Below are positions 54,596 through 63,780 of a stretch of DNA of 64,000 nt, piece after piece. The notes below the pieces were generated by a model that worked only from the letters and a program-made list of their open reading frames with translations, was not told the DNA's origin and did no database searches. Within the stretch, counting starts at the first letter, position 1. Every line of letters starts with the position of its first letter. The translations under genes and the position numbers were made by a program. Origin of the DNA: Thermomicrobiales bacterium (GTDB lineage: Bacteria; Chloroflexota; Chloroflexia; Thermomicrobiales; UBA6265); NCBI GenBank assembly GCA_023957015.1, contig JAMLHR010000003.1:22555-86554 (forward strand), read 5' to 3'.

Positions 54596-55996
54596 GTCCC
54601 GGGAGCGATCGCCCCGGACCCTTAACTTTGGGGTCAGACGGGCTGGCGGCCTCTTCATGATCCATGGCCAAGGAGTCTGTGATGCCCGGATCCTACCACG
54701 TTCTCGACCCAGTTTGTTACTACCTGGCCACCATGCTCCGTCACGCTACCCACCAACGCAGGACTGCGCTGCGCTCCCCCCGAGCTGGTTCTGGGGCCGG
54801 AGCATGGTCTCACGCATGCCCTCGTCATGGGCATGGGTGACTGGACCGCGACCTACCGGGTGTTCTCCGGCCCCACGGTTGCGATCAGCGCGTTGCAGCG
54901 TCAGGTTATCGCGGGTATGCACGTCATGATCCGGTGGTGGTGGTGGTCGATGCCAGCTCCCACGGACCGGGCGGAAGATGCCGGAGGTGGGGACGATCCC
55001 CGCGGACACCACCGAAGCCTGGCATCCATCATGCCCAGGACGAGGTACACCACCCACCGCGGAAGGAGACAGTCGTGATCCGCTGGTGTTTGCACCAGCT
55101 CCATCACCGACCCGCGGCCATGGGCAGTCAGACGGAATGGCAGGCCGCGTGGAGGGTCTGGATCATCCGGGAGGCGATGGACGCGGTGAACAGGATCGTC
55201 CCCGTGGTGACGGGGGATGGTGCCTATAGTCGGGAACCTACCCGGCACGAGGGATTGCGCGTAAAATCGGGCGCTGTACCATCCCCGATCCGAACGAACC
55301 ACCCCGACGTGCGGAAGGAGACCGCGGTCTCACACCGCCGCAGGGACAGGAGCATTCCGGGTGGAGACATGTCATTCGGGTGCGGGGCAAAGACGTCATC
55401 TACGGATCCAGGTGACCGGTCCCTGGGTGATCAAGAAGAGGACCATCCCCGATGTCATCACGATTGCCGGGATTGGACGTGGGCGTGGATCGTCACGAGA
55501 TCGCGTGACATGATGCAGGTCAATGCCCGCCAATCACACGGATGGGAGCTGCCCTATCCGGTGGAACAGCTGGCGCTCTGGGTGGGCAACGGTGGGAAGT
55601 GGGGTAATGCATCGGGAACGGGAGGGACCAGCAACAGTGGTCGGCCGAGGTGCAGTAAGACGCAGTGGGTGGTCTGGGTGGGTCCTCATCCTGACGGGAG
55701 TCGTGTCCGCCGTCCATTCGGCATTCCCGGGGTACCGCCAGCGTCGGACCCGCGTGACCGACGGATGCAACTCCGGGAAGAGCGGAGCACCACCCCGGCA
55801 GGTAACACCCCATTGTGCTTCGGAACCCCACGGAAAAATACCGCCTTTGAAGGTGCTGTTGGCGGTCGCGGATGCCATCTAACGCCAACGATACGCAGAC
55901 TCGCACAATCCAGACATGTCCCACGATGACGACGACCAGAACCCCCCTCAGAGTGCAAAGAGTCCCGGGAGCGATCGCTCCCTGGACTCTCTTTGC
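54596..55996 (+). mobile_element. IS remnant: multiply frameshifted DDE (IS4/IS701-like, YREK-type) transposase gene between two GCGATCGC-centred palindromes
   Basis: A good start exists (aaggagtctgtgATG at 54682: MPGSYHVLDPVCYYLATMLRHATHQRR). Transposase-like segments are then spread over all three + frames: GDWTATYRVFS, VVVVDAS, IVPVVTGDGAYS, ALYHPRSERTTPTCGRRPRS, QRWEVG and DQQQWSAE. The palindromes are at 54596-54619 and 55955-55996. Confidence 0.55.
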
Positions 55997-56252
55997 TTCG
56001 TCGGTAGTCGCGCCCGTGCACGCTCGGGCAAGGGTGCGGATCTTCGCCCCTCGGTGGCCACCGTCGCCTCAGTCACAGATGCGCGTAGAGCCGTGGCCCC
56101 TGCGCATCGGTACCGAGTGGATCCGTGAAGAGGATGTCCGGAAGGCGTAGCCCCGGACCGATCGGTCGCAGTCCAGAGGGTAGCTGTCCTCCAACTAACC
56201 GCGACCGTGAGTTATCCGGGTTCAGTGGCGAATCTGGGCTCCATCGGCGGAG

Positions 56253-56401
56253 TGAACCCGGACAACTCACAAGCGCGACCTCTTTCGCAGGATTATCGAT
56301 GGTTCGCGCTTGATCGGTCCGGGTCTACATGTCCGACTAGAGCCCTTCAGTGATTTTCTCGGTTCAGATGGGCCCCTGCGGCTCCGCTCGAGATCGCAGG
56401 G
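56253..56401. repeat. intergenic repeat element, copy B (same modules as 40862-40972, different order/spacing)
   Basis: tgaacccggac at 56253-56263; cgcgcttgatcggtccgggtctacatgtccga at 56305-56336; cccctgcggctccgctcgagatcgcaggg at 56373-56401. Confidence 0.85.
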
Positions 56402-56479
56402 CTACGCAGGAGCGAGCCTCCGCCGGGAGATTCTGCCGTAGGCACATTGGATGTGACTGTGATCCACCCGCAGCCGGAT

Positions 56480-57670
56480 CTAGAACATCGACTCGATTAT
56501 CGGTACGACTGGCGGGAAGATCTGCGCCAACGTCGCCATCGCGTCGGTGTGTACTCGTCCCCAACCGCGGATTGGCAACAGGCGGGCATCAATGCCGCTG
56601 AATACCAACGCCGAGAGGCCATGGATCGTGACCTCACCTTGCGGTGTCCCTCCCTCATGCACCAGCAACGTGCCGTCGTGGCCAGTGAATGTGAATGTCC
56701 CGTTGTTCCAGGGTGCCTGGTCATCGGATACCGTCAGGCAGACGGCACCATCTCCCGCGCCAATCCCGGTTAGTCCGGCAACGGTCACGATGCGACCCAT
56801 GGCGGGTCCCCAGCTATCGGCGTCGTTGGTGATGACGTCCATCGATCCCTCATAGGTCGCCCACAGGTGTGGCTCCTCGTTCGGGATCATCGGCATGCGC
56901 ACCGTCTTGATCTGATCAACGTGGCGTGCCAGAAAATCCAGCACATTCAATTCGCCGTTGAAGGTCGACCAATGCACGAGATCAACGACCATCTCCTGCT
57001 TGTCGATATCCATGCGATAGACCATCGCGGCGGTGACGTCGTCGCCCTCATGCACGGTCATCACCCAACTCTTGTTGAATGAGAGCCAGGCATCCTGCTT
57101 GGCGCGCTGGAACAGACTCATGCCATGCACCGTGCGCTGTGTTCCGGCCAGTATCGTTGCCACATCCTCAATGGCGGCGCCGCTGAGTCGATGTTTCACC
57201 GTGCCGCTCTTCTCCGCCGTGAGATACGGCGCAAGTGCGGCCGGATTCACATGAAGCCAGACCGGTGCCTGCCAACCCGCATACCCGAACTTCTCGTAGT
57301 AGGAAGTCTTGAACGGGTAGAGGGTGCTAACGGCTTCGCCCTGTTCATGCATGTCACGAATCGCGCGATGGAGCAACTCGCGGACGTGTCCGCCGCGTCT
57401 GGCCGCTGGCATACTGGCCACACCGCTGATACCACCCATAGGAATTACGGTATTACGTACATTGGTTGTCATCGGCACGATCGCGACTTTCGCGATGGCG
57501 ACATCATCGACATAGCTGAGGAAGACGCGATCGGTGACACGCATTGCCCGGCGTCGCTCTGCCTGTTCGGGCGTTTCGGTGGCGGGTGTTGAAGCAAAGG
57601 CATAACTTCCCAGCAGAATCGCTTCCTCGCTGTTGTTGTCACCGGGCCGGATATCAAAGGGCGTATTCAT
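56480..57670 (-). CDS. Eis-like GNAT acetyltransferase with C-terminal sterol-carrier-like domain
   Basis: 396-aa ORF. The GNAT core is GGISGVASMPAARRGGHVRELLHRAIRDMHEQG...YEKFGYAGW. The length and three-domain layout are typical of the Eis family. Confidence 0.8.
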   Translation of the reverse strand: MNTPFDIRPGDNNSEEAILLGSYAFASTPATETPEQAERRRAMRVTDRVFLSYVDDVAIAKVAIVPMTTNVRNTVIPMGGISGVASMPAARRGGHVRELLHRAIRDMHEQGEAVSTLYPFKTSYYEKFGYAGWQAPVWLHVNPAALAPYLTAEKSGTVKHRLSGAAIEDVATILAGTQRTVHGMSLFQRAKQDAWLSFNKSWVMTVHEGDDVTAAMVYRMDIDKQEMVVDLVHWSTFNGELNVLDFLARHVDQIKTVRMPMIPNEEPHLWATYEGSMDVITNDADSWGPAMGRIVTVAGLTGIGAGDGAVCLTVSDDQAPWNNGTFTFTGHDGTLLVHEGGTPQGEVTIHGLSALVFSGIDARLLPIRGWGRVHTDAMATLAQIFPPVVPIIESMF

Positions 57671-57730
57671 GGTGTTCTCGCAGGTGCGGGCAGAAGAGCC
57701 AAGTCAGATGAAATCCTACCAAACCCTCAC

Positions 57731-57771
57731 GGGAAAAGGAACGACACCCGGTGGCTGGCCGGGCGTCGTTC
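57731..57771 (-). terminator. intrinsic terminator after the Yip1-like gene
   Basis: The minus strand reads GAACGACGCCCGG-ccagcca-CCGGGTGTCGTTC followed by CTTTTCCC. It is a 13-bp stem with one mismatch. Confidence 0.6.
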
Positions 57772-57794
57772 GGAAAGAGGGGAGGGGGAGTGGA

Positions 57795-58343
57795 CTAGAA
57801 AGGAACGTTCAGACTGATATTGAAGATGGCACCGAAGATCGCGAAGGTGATGATGCTACCGATCCAGGCGACCAGCCCTGTGGCAACCGCGCGGCCGGTA
57901 TCCATGTTCAGTGCGACTTTGATCGCGACGATCATGGTCGCCAGTGTCCACAGCCAGAGAACCGAACCGATGATGCCACCGATAAGCCAGATACCGGTCA
58001 CAAACTGGAAGACATTCGGCACCGCGGCGTAGCCGACGATACGCATAACGCGCTCGACCGAGCTGCTGGTATGGGGCGTTGATGTGATGCGGGTGCCAAC
58101 GAAGTAGATAATCGCCGCGCTCAGCACCCAGCCGAGCAGCATCGCCACCACGCCCCCAATCAGGGCGCCGGGCCCTTGCAGCAACCAACCGAGTCCGGAG
58201 GCGATCGCTACCGTGGCCACCACAATTCCGGCTTCCGGTGTGGCGGAGGGATCGCGTGTGATCTCCTCATAGGTGCGAGTGTTGAACGTCATCACGTCTT
58301 TGGCGCGTTGGACGATTCTATCGAGCGAGATGTTGGTTTCCAT
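57795..58343 (-). CDS. Yip1-domain integral membrane protein
   Basis: Start chosen at ccagggaggatttcATG (METNISLDRIVQRAKDVMTFNTRTYEEI). About 5 TM helices. The N-terminal pattern is typical of the Yip1/DUF1282 family. Confidence 0.7.
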   Translation of the reverse strand: METNISLDRIVQRAKDVMTFNTRTYEEITRDPSATPEAGIVVATVAIASGLGWLLQGPGALIGGVVAMLLGWVLSAAIIYFVGTRITSTPHTSSSVERVMRIVGYAAVPNVFQFVTGIWLIGGIIGSVLWLWTLATMIVAIKVALNMDTGRAVATGLVAWIGSIITFAIFGAIFNISLNVPF

Positions 58344-58484
58344 GAAATCCTCCCTGGAACGATGTGCTGGAATGTTCTCGTTCATCCTGCGGTGTTTGGC
58401 AGAAATCCCGAACTCCTGCCATTAGTGTAGGAGCCCGGGATTGGGGGTGTAGTATGGGTAACCGGTAATTCTAACGGTGGGGTA

Positions 58485-58904
58485 TTACCCCTCCGATGGT
58501 CGTGGTTTCTGCCAGAGAAGCGTTGCCAGCACGGCGATGGTGGCGGTGAGTGCCACACCCAGGGCGATATGCCAGCCGACGATATCGAGCATGCGCGTGC
58601 GCGTCATATACCCGAGACCTGTCTGGATGAAGGTGAGCACGAAGACCAGCGCGGATATCGACAATACCGCCGCCGATACCACTTTCTGGGAGAAGAGCGT
58701 GTAACTCATCAACATCTGCGCGATAGAGACGAAGACCAGCGTGTTCCCCAGATGCATATGCCCGGTGATCAACCAGGGATCGGTACCGGCGCGGAGGAGA
58801 CCGTTCCCCGCCAGCGCCGCCGTCACCACCATCAGGATGGTGAATAGAACCACAAGCCAGCGGTTAGCGATCAGAAGACCAGGTGTCGGAGAGGGAGTTG
58901 GCAT
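58485..58904 (-). CDS. hypothetical integral membrane protein (4 TM)
   Basis: 139-aa ORF with conserved-looking His residues in its TM helices. No family recognised. Confidence 0.55.
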   Translation of the reverse strand: MPTPSPTPGLLIANRWLVVLFTILMVVTAALAGNGLLRAGTDPWLITGHMHLGNTLVFVSIAQMLMSYTLFSQKVVSAAVLSISALVFVLTFIQTGLGYMTRTRMLDIVGWHIALGVALTATIAVLATLLWQKPRPSEG

Positions 58905-59019
58905 TAAGCGTAATCCTGTGCGTTCATCGAATCAGCGCGAACCGCTCTCCCGATTCTACGTGCCAATCCTGACGATATTGTGAATGGATGCACAATCTTC
59001 AAATAGGGCATCCGTCCAC

Positions 59020-60177
59020 CTATCCGAACAATTCTGCTTCCACTTCGGTGACGCCTTCGGCGAAGCGATGGAGTCGGAATGGCGAGAGATCGAAGCGAGG
59101 ATCGCCTCCCTCTGTGGTCAGATTCGCCAATATCTCGCCGCTCATGGGGCCGATACCGAATCCGTGACCGCTGAATCCGGCACCAACCACCAGACCGGGA
59201 TGACTTGGTACGGCATCGAACACCGGGATCAGATCCAGTGTGTCGTCGATCAAGCCGCCCCAGACCCGTTCGATTCGTAGATCGGCCAATCGCGGCAGCA
59301 CTGCAATTGCGTTACGGGTCATGTTTTCTTTCTGGCGGACGGTCATGCCAACATTTGCCGGCGTGTGCTGCCCTTCGTTCCACGGCACACTGGCACCGAT
59401 GAAGCGGACACCACCACCGACTGTTTGCCGGGCGGCAAACGAACCGGTAGCGACACCAAGTACGGGACTGAGTGTGAAGTCATCTGTCGGTACGGTTTGG
59501 GCGACCGGGCAGTGAACGATATTCAGTGGCAGGTACAATCCCAGCGATTCCAGCAGTCTGGGTGTGTAGATCCCCGCAGCCACAACGACGACATCGGCGG
59601 TATAGGAACCCTTGGCAGTAGTGACGCCGGTGACGCGGTCGCCATGCGTGGTCAGACCAAGCACTTCTTCACCGCTGATGATGGCGGCCCCAAGGCGACG
59701 GGCCGCGTCGTCGTAGGCTCTGACCACCTTGTGATTGTCCGCGTGGCCATCGGTGGGGCAGAAGCTGGCACCCACCACCGTCTCGTTCACTTCCGGCGCG
59801 ATCTGTCGGACAGCGTCGGCGGTATCGAGATACTCCATCGGTATACCGGCGGCGTTCCCATCGGCGACGACTTGTCGAATCATCGCTTCATGGTCGGGAA
59901 CCAAAGCGAGACGGAGATTGCCATTCTGGACGTAGTCCAGTTCGGCCTCGAGTTCCTCTCCCAGGTGCGCCCAGCGCTTGATCGCTTCGCGCGCGATGGG
60001 GAGCTCTGTCGCGTCACGGCCACTCTGGCGCACACCGGCCAGCGTCCAACCGCTGGCCATCGCGTGGATCGACTCGCGCTCGAAGAGCGTGACCTTGACG
60101 CCTCGTTTACTGAGCTCATAGGCAGTAGCGCAACCGGTGATGCCGCCGCCAATTACGATCACCTCAGATGTGGACAT
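59020..60177 (-). CDS. FAD-dependent oxidoreductase (DAO family: sarcosine/glycine/D-amino-acid/opine oxidase-like)
   Basis: Start chosen at cagggagcagatcaATG (MSTSEVIVIGGGITGCATAYELSKRGVKVTLFE, a Rossmann GxGxxG motif). ~385 aa. Confidence 0.85.
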   Translation of the reverse strand: MSTSEVIVIGGGITGCATAYELSKRGVKVTLFERESIHAMASGWTLAGVRQSGRDATELPIAREAIKRWAHLGEELEAELDYVQNGNLRLALVPDHEAMIRQVVADGNAAGIPMEYLDTADAVRQIAPEVNETVVGASFCPTDGHADNHKVVRAYDDAARRLGAAIISGEEVLGLTTHGDRVTGVTTAKGSYTADVVVVAAGIYTPRLLESLGLYLPLNIVHCPVAQTVPTDDFTLSPVLGVATGSFAARQTVGGGVRFIGASVPWNEGQHTPANVGMTVRQKENMTRNAIAVLPRLADLRIERVWGGLIDDTLDLIPVFDAVPSHPGLVVGAGFSGHGFGIGPMSGEILANLTTEGGDPRFDLSPFRLHRFAEGVTEVEAELFG

Positions 60178-60261
60178 TGATCTGCTCCCTGAAAACGAAC
60201 CTGGCCGGTGATAATGGCACACTTTCGCCATTATCACCGGCCAGGAGCAATCTGAACAGAC

Positions 60262-61158
60262 CTAATTTGCGCGCGGATCCAGGACATCGCGCAAGCCATC
60301 ACCGACCAGGTTGAAGGCGAACACCGCTATCAACAGTGCCGCGCCTGGCGCGAGGCTTAAGAGTGGCAAGTCAGATAGACGCACGGCACCATCCCGGATC
60401 ATCTGTCCCCAGGTTGGCGTCGGTGGCGGAACGCCGAGTCCGATAAAGCTCAGACTGGCTTCGAGTCGGATCGCGGACGCCGTCCACAGGCTTCCCAGCA
60501 CGATCATCTCACCTGCGATATTCGGGAGGATATGGCGATTGATGATCTTTGGTGTGGATTGGCCGATGGCGCGGGCCGCTTCGATATACTCGGTTTCCTT
60601 CAGTCCCAACACCGGTCCGTAGGCGATTCGCGCGAATCTGGGCGCGACCGTGAGTCCGATGGCGATGATGAGCTTGGTCTTGCCAGCACCGAGCACGGCC
60701 ATCACCAGCAAACCGGTGATCAGATCCGGGAAGCTGAGCATGATATCCACGATACGCATGAGCACGTTATCGATGACACCACCGAAATACCCGGCGGTGA
60801 CACCAAGTGTGATGCCGATGACGGCACCGATGATCACGGAGAAGATACCAACCTGGAGTGCTACGCGCGTACCCCAGATGATGCGGCTCAGCACATCGCG
60901 GCCATAGTCATCGGTACCCAGCCAGTGTGCGCTGGATGGACCCTGGAACTTGTTGATCGTGCTCTGGACCAGCGGATCATAGGGTGCGATCCAGGGGGCG
61001 AATACCGCCATGATGACCAGAAACACGATCATCACTGCGCCAACAACGGCTGCTTTATTCCGCATGAATGATCGGAATGCCCGCTGACGTTGCGAGATGA
61101 GGGCTTTCTTGGGCGTTCCTGGCGCGCTGCCACCAGCAGCTGCAATCGATGTAGCCAT
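60262..61158 (-). CDS. ABC transporter permease (DppC/OppC-like)
   Basis: 298-aa ORF with the EAA-loop motif TEYIEAARAIGQS and C-terminal GDGLRDVLDPR. Confidence 0.9.
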   Translation of the reverse strand: MATSIAAAGGSAPGTPKKALISQRQRAFRSFMRNKAAVVGAVMIVFLVIMAVFAPWIAPYDPLVQSTINKFQGPSSAHWLGTDDYGRDVLSRIIWGTRVALQVGIFSVIIGAVIGITLGVTAGYFGGVIDNVLMRIVDIMLSFPDLITGLLVMAVLGAGKTKLIIAIGLTVAPRFARIAYGPVLGLKETEYIEAARAIGQSTPKIINRHILPNIAGEMIVLGSLWTASAIRLEASLSFIGLGVPPPTPTWGQMIRDGAVRLSDLPLLSLAPGAALLIAVFAFNLVGDGLRDVLDPRAN

Positions 61159-62105
61159 CAGGAATTCCTCACTCTCGGATCAACGTAGGTGTAGACGATA
61201 TCCACGATGATATTCACGATCACAATGATGAACGCATACACCACCATGATGGCCTGCACCATGTTGTAGTCAAACTGCCGGGTGGCACCGACCAGGCGAC
61301 TGCCCAGTCCTGGCCGACCAAAGACTTGCTCGGTCAGCACCGATCCACCGATGAGACCGATGGTGAAGATACCGACCAGCGAGATAATGGGGACCATTGC
61401 GGATCGCAGCGCGTGCTCGCGCATTACCCGGCTTTCCACCAGTCCTTTTGCACGGGCAGTGCGGACATAGTCCGCATTCAGCACGTTCAGCATCACGGAT
61501 CTGGTCATGCGCGTTACCGAGGCGGTTTCCACCATCCCTAGCGTCAGCGCCGGAAGGACGAGACGTCGCAAGTTATCCCACGGATCGCTGAAATCTCCAG
61601 CACCCACCGCGGGGAACCACCCCAGCTTGGCCGCGAAGATATACATGAGGAGGAGGCCGATGTAGAACGCAGGCGCGCTCAGTCCCGCCAGCGATACCAC
61701 GCGAGTGACATAGTCAATCGTGGTATTCCGCTTCATCGCACTGATCACACCCATCGGGATACCGACGGCGAGTGCCAAGATGATGGCGGCGATACTGAGT
61801 TCGATCGTGTGCGGCAGCACGTTTCGAATCTGATCCCAGGCCGGTGTGCGAGTTACCAGGGAGTTCCCCAAATCACCCTGCAGCAGTCCGAAGATATAGT
61901 TCTTGTACTGCACCCACAGTGAATCATTGAGCCCCATCTGCTCGCGATAGGCGTTGATCGTCTCCTCGCTCGCATAATCGCCCAATACAGCGCGGGCAGG
62001 ATCACCCGGTACGACGCGAACCACCAGAAAGATGATGGTTACCACCGCCCACAGTGTGGGTATAGCCAGCAACAGCCGCCTCAGGATATGTCGCAGCATC
62101 GGCAA
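61158..62105 (-). CDS. ABC transporter permease (DppB/OppB-like)
   Basis: 315-aa ORF with the EAA-loop motif ADYVRTARAKGL. Confidence 0.9.
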   Translation of the reverse strand: MPMLRHILRRLLLAIPTLWAVVTIIFLVVRVVPGDPARAVLGDYASEETINAYREQMGLNDSLWVQYKNYIFGLLQGDLGNSLVTRTPAWDQIRNVLPHTIELSIAAIILALAVGIPMGVISAMKRNTTIDYVTRVVSLAGLSAPAFYIGLLLMYIFAAKLGWFPAVGAGDFSDPWDNLRRLVLPALTLGMVETASVTRMTRSVMLNVLNADYVRTARAKGLVESRVMREHALRSAMVPIISLVGIFTIGLIGGSVLTEQVFGRPGLGSRLVGATRQFDYNMVQAIMVVYAFIIVIVNIIVDIVYTYVDPRVRNS

Positions 62106-62190
62106 TCCTTTGCTCTACGTGGAGCGAAAATGAGGAATGACCTGGCCACCCGCCAGGCCATTCCCGCAGTACGATCAGGAGGGATGAACC

Positions 62191-63780
62191 CTACCCCATC
62201 GAGGTGGTCTCGTTGATACCCGGGTACAACTGCACCACGGCGGTCAGTTCGTGACCGTAGTCAACCTCATCACGGCGGACAAACACCTGGTTCTGGAACA
62301 TCAAGCCGTAACCGGCATAGTTCTGCAGAATCTCGATGTTGGCCTGTCGCCACAGTTCCGCCTGCGCATCGGCATCCAACTCTCCGCGGGCCTGATCGCG
62401 CAGATCGTTCACCGTGAACTTGGAGAAGTTGGTGACACCGCCATCGGTGGAGAAGAACTGGGTCAGGTAGATGTCCGCAGTTGGGCGGAACGCGATGTAG
62501 ATCGTGATCGCGTTGCGATCCTGTCGAATCAGCTCGTGCATGGTGGCGTGCTGTACCACTTCCAGATTCACGGTGATACCGATCTGGCGCAGCTCCTCCT
62601 GAAGCACCTCGGATGTGGTGCGATAGGCGGTCTGCTCGGAGGCGATCATGTCCAGCTCGAAGCCGTCAGGATAGCCCGCTTCCGCCAGGAGCGCCTTGGC
62701 TCCCTCGATATCCTGCTGGTAGTTGACGCCAGCAGCCTCGGCGTCTTCCTCGCTCAATCCACCTGGGAGGAAGGCTGGCACCACGGAGAAGACCTTCTCA
62801 CCAACGGGTGCGCCAGAGAGGGCGACGTAGTTGTCGCGGCTGATCGCCTTGAAGATCGCCTCGCGAACCTTGACGTCCTTGAGGATATCGTGCTCAATAT
62901 TGAAGTTGAGCCAGACAACCTCACCAACGCCGAAGACATCAGCGGTGAAGCCATCGAGATCATCGAGACGTTGCGCCCAGGAGGACTCGCTAACGCCGTA
63001 GATGACATCGTAATCGCCGGCCTGCAGGGCCAACTCGCGCGCGGTGGCATCAGCCTGGAACATCACGTTCACGCCAGCGAGCTGAGGAGCGCCACGGAAG
63101 AAGTCTGCATGTGCGGTCAGTTCAACGCTGAGTTGTGGCGTGTGAGCCACAAACGCGAACGGGCCGGTACCAACCGGATGAGAGACGAAGGCTTCTGCAC
63201 CAACGGCCTCGAAGGCGGCCTGAGGAATGACATAGCCACCAGAGTAGTTGGCGACATTCGGCAGGAAGAGAGAAGTCGAGATCGGCACTGGTACGGTAAC
63301 CACGAACTCGTTCTCACCATCGCCGGCTGCAAATGCCCAGCCCGCATAGTTTCCGGCGTAGGCCGATGTTTCGGCATTCGCCGCCTTGGTGAAGGAGAAG
63401 AGCAGGTCATCGACCGTGAGATCAGCGGAGTCCGCACCATCGGTGGCGTGCGTCTTCACACCGGACTTCAGGGTGAAGGTCCAGCTCTGCGTGCCATCGT
63501 CATTGGTCACTGGATCCGGAATCGCCTCGGCCAGATCGGCTTCGAACTCATCGGACTTGCCGGGCACGTAGCGCACCAGGCCATTGAAGATCATATCGAC
63601 GATGGCGCGATCCTGCGAGCCAGAGGCGAAGTGCGGATCGAGGTTACCGATATCCGATGTATTCATCGCGATTCGCAGCGTTCCGCCATCCTGGGCGAAG
63701 GCAGCGGGTGCCTTGAAAACCGCGGCACCAATCGCGCCAACTCCGATGAGTTGGGTAAACTGCCGTCGTGTAATAGCCAT
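62191..63780 (-). CDS. ABC transporter substrate-binding protein, family 5, Tat signal
   Basis: 529-aa ORF. MAITRRQFTQLIGVGAIGAAVFKAPAAFAQ is a twin-arginine signal. Layout is DppA/OppA-like. Confidence 0.9.
   Translation of the reverse strand: MAITRRQFTQLIGVGAIGAAVFKAPAAFAQDGGTLRIAMNTSDIGNLDPHFASGSQDRAIVDMIFNGLVRYVPGKSDEFEADLAEAIPDPVTNDDGTQSWTFTLKSGVKTHATDGADSADLTVDDLLFSFTKAANAETSAYAGNYAGWAFAAGDGENEFVVTVPVPISTSLFLPNVANYSGGYVIPQAAFEAVGAEAFVSHPVGTGPFAFVAHTPQLSVELTAHADFFRGAPQLAGVNVMFQADATARELALQAGDYDVIYGVSESSWAQRLDDLDGFTADVFGVGEVVWLNFNIEHDILKDVKVREAIFKAISRDNYVALSGAPVGEKVFSVVPAFLPGGLSEEDAEAAGVNYQQDIEGAKALLAEAGYPDGFELDMIASEQTAYRTTSEVLQEELRQIGITVNLEVVQHATMHELIRQDRNAITIYIAFRPTADIYLTQFFSTDGGVTNFSKFTVNDLRDQARGELDADAQAELWRQANIEILQNYAGYGLMFQNQVFVRRDEVDYGHELTAVVQLYPGINETTSMG

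Noticed and set aside
54934-55929. 331-aa plus-strand ORF as a genuine protein
   Set aside because: Its composition is Arg/Trp/Gly/Pro-rich and it has no start context. It is better explained as a chance fusion of out-of-frame and in-frame pieces of the decayed transposase.
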